From Bacillota bacterium (GTDB lineage Bacteria > Bacillota > Clostridia > Tissierellales > Peptoniphilaceae), in assembly GCA_029003555.1 (NCBI GenBank), contig JAQYCE010000050.1:10-64009 (forward strand): a DNA stretch of 64,000 nt, written 5' to 3'. Each line of letters starts with the position of its first letter. The first letter of the stretch is position 1. Made by a program: the position numbers and the translations under genes. The notes beneath the pieces are model-generated. The model saw only the letters and a program-made list of their open reading frames with translations. It had not been told where the DNA came from and made no database searches. Of the stretch, positions 50,550-60,158 are shown one piece after another.

Positions 50550-51072
50550 AGTGGGTCCACTTCAAAATCGAAACTACAGGATAGCCTTCCTTCTCCAAAG
50601 CCTCCCGGCCCGGAAGGTCGGTCAATTCAGTCAGGAAGAGGGCCAGAGTGACCTGTCCGCCTGCTTTTTCAATGAGCTTGGCGCAGGCCTTGGCGGTTCC
50701 CCCGGTTGCCAGGAGGTCATCCAGGACGACGACCCGGGCTCCTTCCGGCACGGAATCCATATCCAGTTCGATGGTGGCCTTGCCGTATTCCAGGTCATAG
50801 GAATAGGAGACGGTGTGGCCGGGGAGCTTGCCGGCCTTTCTTGCCATGAGGAAGCCCTTGTCTTCCGCATAGGCCAGGGCGGCCCCCATGATGAAGCCTC
50901 GGGCTTCAATCCCCATAATGTAGTCGTAGTCCAGGTCCTTGAGCGGAGCCTGGAGCTGGTGGATGGCCTCCTGGAAGGCCTCCTTGTCCGATAGGATTGT
51001 GGTGATGTCCTTATAGGAGATTCCCTTGGTCGGGAAGTCCTCAATGATTCTCATTTTTTCCTGTAAATTCAT
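50548..51072 (-). CDS. apt: Adenine phosphoribosyltransferase
   Basis: 'DFPTKGISYKDIT', 'EARGF', 'RKAGKLP', 'YDLEYG', 'DDLLATGGT'. Confidence 0.95.
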   Translation of the reverse strand: MNLQEKMRIIEDFPTKGISYKDITTILSDKEAFQEAIHQLQAPLKDLDYDYIMGIEARGFIMGAALAYAEDKGFLMARKAGKLPGHTVSYSYDLEYGKATIELDMDSVPEGARVVVLDDLLATGGTAKACAKLIEKAGGQVTLALFLTELTDLPGREALEKEGYPVVSILKWTH

Positions 51073-51115
51073 GCTATTCTCCATAGTTTTTTCTTCTTCC
51101 AACCATCAAGATAAC

Positions 51116-52831
51116 TCAGGGCTTGCAGACCTTGCAGGGAACAAAGCCATTTTTTATAGCCTCATCCCTTGAAGGAAGACCCACACGGTTTCTCGGGGCA
51201 ATTTTCTTTGCCCATTGGCATGACTGGCGGTGGAATTTCAACGTGTTGCTGTTGCCTAAAAATGCCGCTTTTAGTGGGTCGCCCGTGTAGCCGAAAAGGG
51301 TGTTGGGGGCGGGATTGGTCGATTTTCCTCCCTTCCCTTTTGAGTCGCCAACCAGGTTCTCCGACAGATTGAGGTCATCAGGGTTCAGGCTGCCTGCATT
51401 CTTTGCCCAAAGTCCCTTTTCCTTTTCCTCGGCTTGACCCGCTAAGATTTTATAGTAGTCCGCATACTTATCATTCGGAGGATAGGTCATGGCATGGGCA
51501 TAGCCCTGGTCGGCCAAGATTCCATTAAACTGGAGGGTTCGGACCTCTTCCAGGCCAATTTTTTTCAAGTTAATTTGGTTGGTTAACCAGACATAGGCCA
51601 GGATCCGGCCATACTTATCCCTCTGCTGGACACCGAGCTCCAGGTAGACCTCCTTGCCATTCAGATTCTTCTCCGTAAAGGCAGAAGCCTCAGCGCCAAA
51701 GGCCTGGACCGGCTTGGTCGGGTGGACCGTTTCCGGGGTGTCTATGCCGATAAGACGGATCTTTTCCTGGCGTCCGCCCACTTGGGCAACAATGGTATCT
51801 CCGTCCACCACACGACTGACCTTAGTTTTCACCAGATTAGCCGGGCCCGGTTGGTCAGAAGCCGGCTTGTCCGAGGAGAGCTCTCCGCGGATACAGGGGA
51901 CAATCTCCTTTTCAATCTCCTTGGAGACCGCATTCTCCCCGCCCACAATGGTGACCTTGGTCGGCTTATTCTCCTCCAGATAGGATTGGACCGGCTTGGG
52001 AAGGTGGGAGCCGGAAACAAGGAGGATGGAAGCCCCTTCTTTCCGGGCCAGAGCCGCTGCTGACAGGGCATCCGGGAAGTTTTTCCCATCCACAAGAATG
52101 ACGGATGATTTTCCGACCGCCTTAGCAATTTCTACAGCCGTTGCAAACCGGTCTTCTCCGGCGATTCGGCGGATGCCGGGATAACCGGGGACTGCCTTAT
52201 CTCCGCCAATGACCAGGTCCACATGGTCCGGTGTCTGGCCGGGGCCGGCCAAAAGGAGGCTTCCTTCCTCATAGATGAGGCCGGCGGCGGAAAGAGCGTC
52301 CGGGTAATTATTGCCGTCGACCAGGGTGACCTTGGCATCCTGTCCGAAAGTCTTTTCCCAATACTCTTTAAAGAGGGTGGCGGTTTGGTAGCGATTTTCT
52401 CCCCCGATCCGGGTGATCTTTCCGGATGTCAGGGACCGGATTTCTTTCTCCACTTGAGAGGAAACCGCCCCCTCTCCCCCGGCGATGACCACCTCCTCAG
52501 GGGCAAGGGCCTGGAATTGGCTTTTGACCCGGGGATCCAGGCTGTTTTTGGCGGTGAGGAGGATGGGGAAGTTTCCCTTCATCGACAAGGGTGCGGAAAC
52601 CAGGGCATCCGGATAATTTTCCCCGGAAGCTACAATGACCTTATCCGCTTTTGGGGTCACCCTCTCCGCAATCTCGGCAGATGTCGTATAGCGGTTGCTT
52701 CCCGAAATCCGACTCACCTGGACCTCAATAGGTCCCTCTTCCGCCTGGGCGATTTCTTCCCATCCGGGCATGATGCCGGTAAGAAGGACCGACAAGGCCA
52801 GGAATAGGGTCAACACTTTCCTTTTCATCAT
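51116..52831 (-). CDS. Cell-surface protein: signal peptide, CWB2 repeats, thermonuclease (SNase) domain and Ada-like metal-binding tail
   Basis: CWB2 'RISGSNRYTTS','RIGGENRYQT','RIAGEDRFAT' with PDAL; SNase 'VVDGDT..IRLIGIDTPE..DKYGRILAYV'; tail 'KFHRQSC...GFVPCKVCKP'. Confidence 0.88.
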   Translation of the reverse strand: MMKRKVLTLFLALSVLLTGIMPGWEEIAQAEEGPIEVQVSRISGSNRYTTSAEIAERVTPKADKVIVASGENYPDALVSAPLSMKGNFPILLTAKNSLDPRVKSQFQALAPEEVVIAGGEGAVSSQVEKEIRSLTSGKITRIGGENRYQTATLFKEYWEKTFGQDAKVTLVDGNNYPDALSAAGLIYEEGSLLLAGPGQTPDHVDLVIGGDKAVPGYPGIRRIAGEDRFATAVEIAKAVGKSSVILVDGKNFPDALSAAALARKEGASILLVSGSHLPKPVQSYLEENKPTKVTIVGGENAVSKEIEKEIVPCIRGELSSDKPASDQPGPANLVKTKVSRVVDGDTIVAQVGGRQEKIRLIGIDTPETVHPTKPVQAFGAEASAFTEKNLNGKEVYLELGVQQRDKYGRILAYVWLTNQINLKKIGLEEVRTLQFNGILADQGYAHAMTYPPNDKYADYYKILAGQAEEKEKGLWAKNAGSLNPDDLNLSENLVGDSKGKGGKSTNPAPNTLFGYTGDPLKAAFLGNSNTLKFHRQSCQWAKKIAPRNRVGLPSRDEAIKNGFVPCKVCKP

Positions 52832-52854
52832 TCTTCCTTTCTTTTTTATTCTTT

Positions 52855-53799
52855 CTAAAACCAGCTTTTTGCTGTATCCCGGGCGGTTCGTTTCACCCGA
52901 TCCATAAAAGCAGTCACCACGGACTTGCCGGAATCTTTGATAATGACGCCCAGCTCCTTTACCGCCTGGAGGGAGGCTTGTCGCTGGATGACATTCTTGG
53001 GCTTGGGCCTCTCCATGCCCAGGTAGGCCTGGGCGATGAAGCCCACCCGGAGGGTCAGGAAGGCGTTGATGGCCCCCTCCATGACCGATGAGATGATGAG
53101 GTTGGACATGGGGACCATGCCGGGGATGGCAGAGGCCATGGACTCCCCGACAAGGCCCGCGATCATGGGCTCAAGCTGGGCAGGGATGAGGTCGCTGTCT
53201 TCGAGGGACCGGGCCATGAAGACCAGGCTGGCCACCTGGAGGTAGAGCTTGCCTAGACTTTTCAGCGAGGGGCGGGTCCCATAGACCTGGCCCAGCTGCC
53301 AGACCATCTTGACCAAAGTGACCAAAACCATGATGGCATCCAGGGAGCCGTTTTGGGAGATGGTTGTGGAGAGGAAGATGGAATTGGCATGCTTGCGGAT
53401 GATGGGCTCACCCTCCCGGTCCAGGCTGTCCAGGGCGGTGGTCACCCTTTCCTCTTTCGACCGGCTCTCATCGGTTAAGAGGTCCCGGGAAAGGAGCCGG
53501 TTCTTGGACAGGCAGACCAGCATGTCATCCAGGTAGCGGTCGTAGTCCTCCTGGGTGGGGTGGTCGGGGAGCTGGGGGGCCGGAAGGCTCCGAATATAGA
53601 GGAGGACCAAGCGTATGAGGAGGTAGGCTAGAGCCAAGGCTAAAAGTCCGACAAAAACACTCCCAACCCAGGGATGGATCCCCTTCAGAAGCTGGTAGAG
53701 AAGATAAAACTGGTTAACGAGAAAAACCAGAAAGACCAGGCCCAGGAAGATGCCCAGGATGGTCAGGATTTTTCCCAGTCGTCGGCCGAGTTGGTTCAT
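52855..53799 (-). CDS. DUF697/YcjF-family membrane protein
   Basis: Two N-terminal TM helices; 'TISQNGSLD', 'VYGTRP', 'EGAINAFLTLRVG'. Confidence 0.7.
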   Translation of the reverse strand: MNQLGRRLGKILTILGIFLGLVFLVFLVNQFYLLYQLLKGIHPWVGSVFVGLLALALAYLLIRLVLLYIRSLPAPQLPDHPTQEDYDRYLDDMLVCLSKNRLLSRDLLTDESRSKEERVTTALDSLDREGEPIIRKHANSIFLSTTISQNGSLDAIMVLVTLVKMVWQLGQVYGTRPSLKSLGKLYLQVASLVFMARSLEDSDLIPAQLEPMIAGLVGESMASAIPGMVPMSNLIISSVMEGAINAFLTLRVGFIAQAYLGMERPKPKNVIQRQASLQAVKELGVIIKDSGKSVVTAFMDRVKRTARDTAKSWF

Positions 53800-53811
53800 C
53801 TTTCACTTCCC

Positions 53812-53964
53812 TTACAGGCTATAACGAAGGGCATAGTAGACCACATAGACCCATCCCAGGATCCCGTGGAAGATGGCCCAGGGGATGGAGTGCCAGGATA
53901 CATAGGATACAACCATGGCCAGGGCGGTGCCGAAGCTGATCCCGGCCTTCGTCAGTTTTTTCAT
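53812..53964 (-). CDS. 50-aa small membrane protein, absent from the ORF track
   Basis: Translated by hand: MKKLTKAGISFGTALAMVVSYVSWHSIPWAIFHGILGWVYVVYYALRYSL; GAAAGGA RBS; fills the gap between thiI and DUF697 with 12-bp spacers. Confidence 0.8.
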   Translation of the reverse strand: MKKLTKAGISFGTALAMVVSYVSWHSIPWAIFHGILGWVYVVYYALRYSL

Positions 53965-53976
53965 CACAAGTCCTTT

Positions 53977-55170
53977 CTATTCGCTGAGGTCGATGATTTT
54001 CAGGCTTTCCATGGCCCGGTCGATCAAAGCGGGGATGTCTAACTTCTTTTCCTCCTCCAAGATGTCCTCCAGCTTGGGTTTGGTGTTGGGGGAATCGGGA
54101 GCAAAGATAGAGCAGCAGTCGTCAAAGGGTTCGATGGAAATCTCATAGGTTCCTAGGTCACGGGCCACTCTGATAATGTCGTTCTTATCCCGGGCGATGA
54201 GGGGGCGGAGGATGGGGCGGGAAGCCGCATCATTGACCACAGTGATCCCCTGGATGGTTTGGGAGGCAACCTGGCCCAGGCTCTCCCCGGTGATGAAGCA
54301 GTCGTAGGCATAGCGGTCAGCCAGGACTTCGCCGATCCGCATCATCATCCGGCGGGAGAGGACGGTGGTGTTCCTCGTCGAGCACTCTTCCCGGACAGCC
54401 TTGTAGGTATCCAGGAGGTTGACCATGAAGACCTTGACCGGCCCCACCGACTCCGTCATCTTCTCCGCCAACCGGAGGGCCTTATCCTGGGCCCGCTCGG
54501 AAGTGAAGGGGTAGGAGTGAAAGTGGATGGCCCCCAGAGCCATCCCCCGGCGGGCGATCTCGAAGCCGGCCACGGGAGAGTCGATTCCTCCGGATAAGAG
54601 GAGGAGGCCCTTGCCTCCGGACCCCCAGGGGAGGCCCCCCATCCCCTCCACCTGGTCCGTGTAAACGAAGGCATCGTCACGGATATCCACATGGAGGATG
54701 AAGTCCGGGTCATGGACGTCGACCGACAAGGCGGGGAAGGCCTCCAAAAGGTCACCCCCCAATTGGGCGGAAATTTCCGGGGACTTCATGGGGAAGTTCT
54801 TATCCGCCCGCTTGGTGGCCACCTTGAAGCTGACTGTCTCCTTTCCCGTCTCCGCCTGAATTCTTTGAATCTTCTCTTCCGCCATTTCCTTAGCCACAGC
54901 GGAAATGGAAGCCATATCCGGGGCGACCTTCCGGGCAGGCGTAACGTAGGCCAGGCCGAAGGCCTTCCTGACCTGGGCTACTGTCCGGTCCAGGTCCTCT
55001 TCCTCCACCTCCAAGAAAAATTTTCCGATTTGAAAATAGGTCTTCTTGATGGGGATCTGCTTGACGGCCAGCATGACGTGGCGGACCGCATTGTTTACAA
55101 AATAAGACCGGTTCCTTCCTTTGAGCATGAGCTCGCCGAAGGAGACCGATACTACCCAATCACTATGCAT
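53977..55170 (-). CDS. thiI: tRNA 4-thiouridine synthase
   Basis: 'GELMLKGRNR', THUMP domain, 'LLSGGIDSPVA', 'GESLGQVASQT', 'DCC'. Confidence 0.95.
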   Translation of the reverse strand: MHSDWVVSVSFGELMLKGRNRSYFVNNAVRHVMLAVKQIPIKKTYFQIGKFFLEVEEEDLDRTVAQVRKAFGLAYVTPARKVAPDMASISAVAKEMAEEKIQRIQAETGKETVSFKVATKRADKNFPMKSPEISAQLGGDLLEAFPALSVDVHDPDFILHVDIRDDAFVYTDQVEGMGGLPWGSGGKGLLLLSGGIDSPVAGFEIARRGMALGAIHFHSYPFTSERAQDKALRLAEKMTESVGPVKVFMVNLLDTYKAVREECSTRNTTVLSRRMMMRIGEVLADRYAYDCFITGESLGQVASQTIQGITVVNDAASRPILRPLIARDKNDIIRVARDLGTYEISIEPFDDCCSIFAPDSPNTKPKLEDILEEEKKLDIPALIDRAMESLKIIDLSE

Positions 55171-56311
55171 TCTTTGACCATCCTGTCACTTTTCTGATTT
55201 CTCTGACGTATTTTTCCAGGGCATCGAAAAAGGGATCCACCTGGTCCGGGCTATTTTCCATGGCAAAGGAGATCCGGAGGATCCCTTCTTTATAGGCATC
55301 GGGGACCCCGATGGCCTCAATGACCGGGGAGGCTTGGCCCTTGGAGCAGGCGGACCCGGAGGAAAAGTACATTTCCTCCCCCTCCATCATGTGAAGAAGG
55401 ACTTCCGCCCGAACTCCCTCCAAGCCGAAGTTGATAATATAGGGGTTGAGGGGTTGGGCCGGAGAATTGACCCGGACCCCATCAAGGGCCCGGATCCTCT
55501 CCATAGCCCGATGGTAGATAGCCAGGATCTCCTCCTTGTGGTCCCGGACATGGGCCTGGACCAAGTTATAGGCCTTGGCCATGGCACAGATATAGGCCAC
55601 ATTTTCTGTCCCCGCCCGGCGGCCCCCCATCTGTCCCCCACCGTCGATCAGAGAGGGATAATTGACCCCCTGGCGGACATAAAGGAGACCGACCCCTTTG
55701 GGCCCGTGGATTTTGTGGGCTGAGGCGGAGTAGGAGTCCACCTTCCATTCCTCCAGCTTGACCGGAAGCTTGCCGAAGGCCTGGGTTCCATCCACATGGA
55801 AAAGCGTCTTGGGATTCTTTGCCTTGACCATGGGGCCGATGGCCGCCAGGTCATTCCGCGACCCCAGTTCATTGTTGACCTGCATGACAGTGACCAGGGC
55901 CGTCTTGTCATCCACCGCTCCGGCGACTTGGTCGGGCGCGACAAAGCCCTCCCGGTCGACGGGGATGACCCGGACTTCCACCCCCGCCTCACGAAGGGCC
56001 AGGCCGGTCTTCTCCACGGAAGAATGTTCCGCCTGGGCCATGACCACATTGACCCCGGCCTTCCCCCGAACCGCCCCCCATAGGGCGGTATTGTTGGATT
56101 CGGAGGCACATGAGGTGAAGATGAGGCAGGAAGGATCCACCCCCAAGCCCCGGGCCAGGACCCGGCCGGCTTCCCTCATCCTCTTTTCGGCTTCAAAGCC
56201 GATGTGGTGGAGGGAGGAGGGGTTTCCCCACTCGTGGAGGAGGATGTGGTTGATGACCTCAGCCACTTCGGGGTGGACCGGGGTGGTCGCAGCATTATCG
56301 AAATAGATCAT
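55163..56311 (-). CDS. iscS: Cysteine desulfurase (NifS/IscS family, ThiI partner)
   Basis: 'IYFDNAATT', 'GNPSSLH', 'SAHKIHGPKG', 'SSGSACS'. Confidence 0.92.
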   Translation of the reverse strand: MIYFDNAATTPVHPEVAEVINHILLHEWGNPSSLHHIGFEAEKRMREAGRVLARGLGVDPSCLIFTSCASESNNTALWGAVRGKAGVNVVMAQAEHSSVEKTGLALREAGVEVRVIPVDREGFVAPDQVAGAVDDKTALVTVMQVNNELGSRNDLAAIGPMVKAKNPKTLFHVDGTQAFGKLPVKLEEWKVDSYSASAHKIHGPKGVGLLYVRQGVNYPSLIDGGGQMGGRRAGTENVAYICAMAKAYNLVQAHVRDHKEEILAIYHRAMERIRALDGVRVNSPAQPLNPYIINFGLEGVRAEVLLHMMEGEEMYFSSGSACSKGQASPVIEAIGVPDAYKEGILRISFAMENSPDQVDPFFDALEKYVREIRKVTGWSKNA

Positions 56312-56374
56312 TGGGGGCCCTTTCTGGAAGTTTTTGGTATACTCAATACAAATATTGTAGCACAGGGGGACGGA

Positions 56375-57310
56375 ATGGAAGTGATAGAATTACGGGAAGA
56401 AAGCGACCTGGATTTGGAGGCGGGGACCTGCCTTCTCGATATTGAAACGACGGGGCTTAACCGGGAGGGAGACCGCATTTTTCTGGTCGGCATCCTGGTT
56501 GCCAAAGAGGGGGAGGGATCCCACCTCATCCAAGTCTACGACCCCTCCGGGGGCAGGGATGACCGCCTTCAAGAAGGGCTTCTTGGGCGGACCCGGGACC
56601 TACTTCAGGGTCGCCGGATCCTGACCTATAATGGCCAGGCCTTTGACCTTCCCTTCTTGGAATCCGGCTTGAAGAGGGTGGGCCTCCCTCCCCTTGACCC
56701 GGATTCTTCCCTCGACCTCTACGCCTGGCTCCGGTCCCGCCGCCGCTTCCTCGATGAGCTCCCGGGCCGCTTGGCCGACCTGGAAAAAAAATCCGGCTTC
56801 CTCCGGACTGACCGCCTGTCCGGAAGGGCCGTGGCCCAATCCGCCCCCATGATGGCCCACCCTGAGGTGGCGGACCTGGTTCTGGGCCACAACCGGGATG
56901 ATTTGGCGGGAACCTGGCATGTGAAGAAACTCCTGGACCGGATGGCCGGGACCCTCCGGATGGACCTGGAGGACTCCCTTCTGGGGCCTTGCCGGCTGGA
57001 CCTGGTCCGCTTGGAAAAAGCAGCCAACCGGGCCCGGGTCCACTTCCACCTGACCCCACCCCAAGAGGTCAAGGGCTTCCGAAATTCCTCCTTCGGGGAC
57101 CTGGCCTGGGAGGGGGATCATTTAGCCATGGACCTGGCCCTGACCGGGGGCTATGTTGGCGGGAAACCGGTCCGCCTGGCCGTTTCCCCCATCCCCTTTC
57201 CTGATCGGTCTCCCTATGCCTTCAGACCACCCCTTATTGCCATATATGACAAAAAGAGGGACTATGGTCAAAACCTTCTCCGACTGGCGGCTGCCCTCCT
57301 AAAAAAATAA
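56375..57310 (+). CDS. YprB-like RNase H-fold exonuclease domain protein
   Basis: 'LDIETTGL', 'TYNGQAFDLPFL', 'HNRDDL' DEDD-type motifs. Confidence 0.75.
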   Translation: MEVIELREESDLDLEAGTCLLDIETTGLNREGDRIFLVGILVAKEGEGSHLIQVYDPSGGRDDRLQEGLLGRTRDLLQGRRILTYNGQAFDLPFLESGLKRVGLPPLDPDSSLDLYAWLRSRRRFLDELPGRLADLEKKSGFLRTDRLSGRAVAQSAPMMAHPEVADLVLGHNRDDLAGTWHVKKLLDRMAGTLRMDLEDSLLGPCRLDLVRLEKAANRARVHFHLTPPQEVKGFRNSSFGDLAWEGDHLAMDLALTGGYVGGKPVRLAVSPIPFPDRSPYAFRPPLIAIYDKKRDYGQNLLRLAAALLKK

Positions 57311-57320
57311 GGATAGGTCC

Positions 57321-57349
57321 TTGACGGGGAGGTCAAGAAAGCATAGGAT
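57321..57349 (+). promoter_or_regulatory. sigma-A promoter of the pyr operon
   Basis: TTGACG-N17-TAGGAT. Confidence 0.65.
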
Positions 57350-57369
57350 AGGGGATGAAAAAATTAAAG

Positions 57370-57498
57370 ATTTCTTTTAATGCGGTACAGAGAGACCCAA
57401 AAGAGGAAACCACCCGAGTTGGTGGATTGTGGCCAAAATAGGCCACCGGCGTTGACGAGACACACGCCCCTGCGGTCAAACCGCGGGGGCGTTTTTTA
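57370..57498 (+). promoter_or_regulatory. PyrR-binding attenuator leader
   Basis: TCTTTTAA..GGTACAGAGAGACC.AAAAGA binding loop (consensus-like AGUCCAGAGAGGCU), GGCGT able to pair with the terminator 5' arm, terminator ACGCCCCTGCGGT/ACCGCGGGGGCGT plus T-run, directly before pyrR. Confidence 0.85.
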
Positions 57499-57519
57499 TG
57501 CCCAAAGAAAGGAGGCAGG

Positions 57520-58080
57520 ATGAAAATCAAGGCGGAAATCATGGACCAGGCGGCAATCGAGCGCTCCCTCCGCCGGATTGCCCACGAAATAGATGAGCAG
57601 GAGAGGGAGGCCAAGGGCTATCTTGTTTTAGGCATCCCCCGCCGGGGGATCAGCCTGGCAAACCGGATCGGGGAAAACCTCCAAAAAATCACAGATAAGC
57701 CCGTTTCCACCGGCCACCTGGACATCTCCTTCTACCGGGATGACCGGACGGGCGAAGAAGGCCTTCCGGAGGTTTCCATGACCACTATCCCCGAAGCCGG
57801 GACGGAAAACCAATTGGTCATCATTGTCGATGACGTCATCTTCACAGGAAGGACCGCCCGGGCGGCTATGGAGGCCGTCATCAATGAGGGCCGGCCGGCA
57901 GCCATCCGCCTGGCCACCCTCATCGACCGGGGCCACCGAGAGATGCCCATCCGACCGGATTTCGTGGGAAAGAACGTCCCCACCTCCCGGACCGAAGAAG
58001 TCCAGGTCCAGGTTCCGGAATATGACGATGCCTTCCGGGTGGTCCTGGTGGAAAAGGAGGATGACCATGAAAGCAAGTGA
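57520..58080 (+). CDS. pyrR: Pyrimidine operon attenuation protein/UPRTase
   Basis: 'RIAHEI', 'LDISFYRDD', 'VDDVIFTGRT', 'DRGHREMPIRPDFVGKN'. Confidence 0.95.
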   Translation: MKIKAEIMDQAAIERSLRRIAHEIDEQEREAKGYLVLGIPRRGISLANRIGENLQKITDKPVSTGHLDISFYRDDRTGEEGLPEVSMTTIPEAGTENQLVIIVDDVIFTGRTARAAMEAVINEGRPAAIRLATLIDRGHREMPIRPDFVGKNVPTSRTEEVQVQVPEYDDAFRVVLVEKEDDHESK

Positions 58081-59413
58081 TCAACGGGTTCTAAAGGGAG
58101 GAAGGATCTACCTGGAGGGAAAAATCCAAGAAAAAAACCTCTACCTCCAGAATGGCCTGGTTTATACCCAGCCCCCCCAAGGGTCTGATAACTGGCCGGT
58201 CCTGGACTGCCGGGGGCTCCACATCTTTCCGGGCTTTGTCGACCTCCACGTCCACTTCCGGGAACCGGGCCAGGAGTACAAAGAAACCATTGAGACCGGG
58301 TCCATGGCGGCCGCCCGGGGGGGCTATACCACGGTCTGCACCATGCCCAACCTCAAGCCCGTCCCCGACTCCCTGGACCATCTGAAAATCCAGCTCGACC
58401 GCATTCGGGAAAAAGCCCGAGTCCACGTCCTCCCCTACGGGTCCATCACCCAAGGAGAAAAGGGCCGGGCCCTGTCCGACTTCGAAGCCCTAGCCCCCTA
58501 TGTGGTGGCCTTCACTGATGACGGGGTCGGGGTGGATTCCGAGAAGACCATGGAAGAAGCCATGGTCCGGGCCAGGGTCCTGGGCAAGGCCATCGTTGCC
58601 CATGCCGAGGACCGGGACCTGGTCGCCGGAGGAGTCATCCATGACGGGGACTATGCCAAGGCCCACGGACACAAGGGGAACCCCTCCGCCTCGGAATACG
58701 TCCAGGTCCGGCGGGACCTGGCCCTGGCGGGAAAGACCGGGGTCCACTACCACGTCTGCCATGTCTCTACCAAGGAATCGGTCCAATCCATCCGGGAGGC
58801 TCAAGATAAAGGGGTCAAGGCCACTTTCGAGACGGCCCCCCACTACCTGACCCTGACTGACCGGGACCTCCAGGAAGAAGGTCGCTTCAAGATGAACCCC
58901 CCCATCCGGTCGGAGGAAGACCGGGAAGCCCTCCGCCGGGCCATGGTGGATGGGGCCCTCTCCGCCATCGCCACCGACCATGCCCCCCATTCTGAGGAGG
59001 AGAAGGCGGGCGGCTTGGACCACTCCTTAAACGGAATTGTGGGCCTGGAGACGGCCTTCCCCGTCTGCTATACTGACCTGGTCAAGGGAGGGATCACCAG
59101 CCTGGAAAACCTGATCGACCTCCTGTCCACCCGGCCCACGGAGACCCTGGGCCTCCACAAGATCCGCGACTCCCACTTCGTCCTGGCCCCTGGCCTGGGC
59201 ATCCAAAACGGGGGACCGGCCGACCTGACCCTCTTCGACCTGGAGGAGTCCTACCGGATTGACCCCCGGGACTTCCTCTCCAAGGGCCAGGCCTCGCCCT
59301 TCACCGGCAAAACTGTCTACGGCCGCTGCCTGGCCACCTGGGTAGCCGGTCAAAGGGCCTATGCTGATATGGACCGTCTGGAAGGAAGGGAGGTCTCCCA
59401 TGAGCCGGTATAA
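58067..59413 (+). CDS. pyrC: Dihydroorotase
   Basis: 'DLHVHFREPG', 'TMPN', 'KMNPPIR', 'IATDHAPH'. Confidence 0.95.
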   Translation: MKASDQRVLKGGRIYLEGKIQEKNLYLQNGLVYTQPPQGSDNWPVLDCRGLHIFPGFVDLHVHFREPGQEYKETIETGSMAAARGGYTTVCTMPNLKPVPDSLDHLKIQLDRIREKARVHVLPYGSITQGEKGRALSDFEALAPYVVAFTDDGVGVDSEKTMEEAMVRARVLGKAIVAHAEDRDLVAGGVIHDGDYAKAHGHKGNPSASEYVQVRRDLALAGKTGVHYHVCHVSTKESVQSIREAQDKGVKATFETAPHYLTLTDRDLQEEGRFKMNPPIRSEEDREALRRAMVDGALSAIATDHAPHSEEEKAGGLDHSLNGIVGLETAFPVCYTDLVKGGITSLENLIDLLSTRPTETLGLHKIRDSHFVLAPGLGIQNGGPADLTLFDLEESYRIDPRDFLSKGQASPFTGKTVYGRCLATWVAGQRAYADMDRLEGREVSHEPV

Positions 59414-60158
59414 GATCCTGGAAAACCGCCCCCTGACCGCCGATGTCTACAACCTGGTCCTTGAGGGAGAGGGGGTAGAAGGCCTCCTTCCCGGCCAGTT
59501 CGTCCAGGTGGAGATCCCCGGCTTCTACCTCCGCCGGCCCATCTCCCTCTGTGACGTCCAAGGGGAACGGATCCGCCTCATCTATAAGATCCTTGGACAG
59601 GGGACCCGGGCCCTGACAAAAATCACTTCGGGAGATCTCGACCTCCTGGTCGGCCTGGGCAATGGCTTCTCTCCGGAGGAGGCTCCCCATACCCCCCTCC
59701 TGGTCGGGGGCGGGGTGGGGATCCCTCCCCTCTTCTACCTGGCCAAGGACCTGATCCAAAGGGGACATGAGCCGGAAGTTTTTCTGGGCTTCAATAAAAA
59801 GGAAGAGATCTTCCTGGCCGAAGAATTCCGGGACCTGGGCCTGACGGTCCACCTGGCCACCATGGATGGATCTCAGGGGCTGGAAGGAACGGCCCTGGAC
59901 CTCCTGGACCGCTTCCAAGAGGAAGGCCGGACTGATCCGGACTCTCCCCCTTATGTCTACACTTGTGGTCCCCGGCCCATGCTCCGGGCCCTGACCGCCT
60001 GGATGACCGACAAGGGCATCCGGGGCCAAATTTCCATGGAGGAGAGGATGGCTTGCGGCTTCGGGGCCTGCATGGGCTGCACCATCCAAACCAAGTCGGG
60101 CCCACGCCGGGTCTGCAAGAATGGGCCGGTCTTCCCGGCCGAGGAGGTCCTATGGTAA
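59400..60158 (+). CDS. pyrK: Dihydroorotate dehydrogenase electron transfer subunit
   Basis: 'LRRPIS', 'GGGVG', 'EERMACGFGACMGC..VCKNGPVF'. Confidence 0.93.
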   Translation: MSRYKILENRPLTADVYNLVLEGEGVEGLLPGQFVQVEIPGFYLRRPISLCDVQGERIRLIYKILGQGTRALTKITSGDLDLLVGLGNGFSPEEAPHTPLLVGGGVGIPPLFYLAKDLIQRGHEPEVFLGFNKKEEIFLAEEFRDLGLTVHLATMDGSQGLEGTALDLLDRFQEEGRTDPDSPPYVYTCGPRPMLRALTAWMTDKGIRGQISMEERMACGFGACMGCTIQTKSGPRRVCKNGPVFPAEEVLW

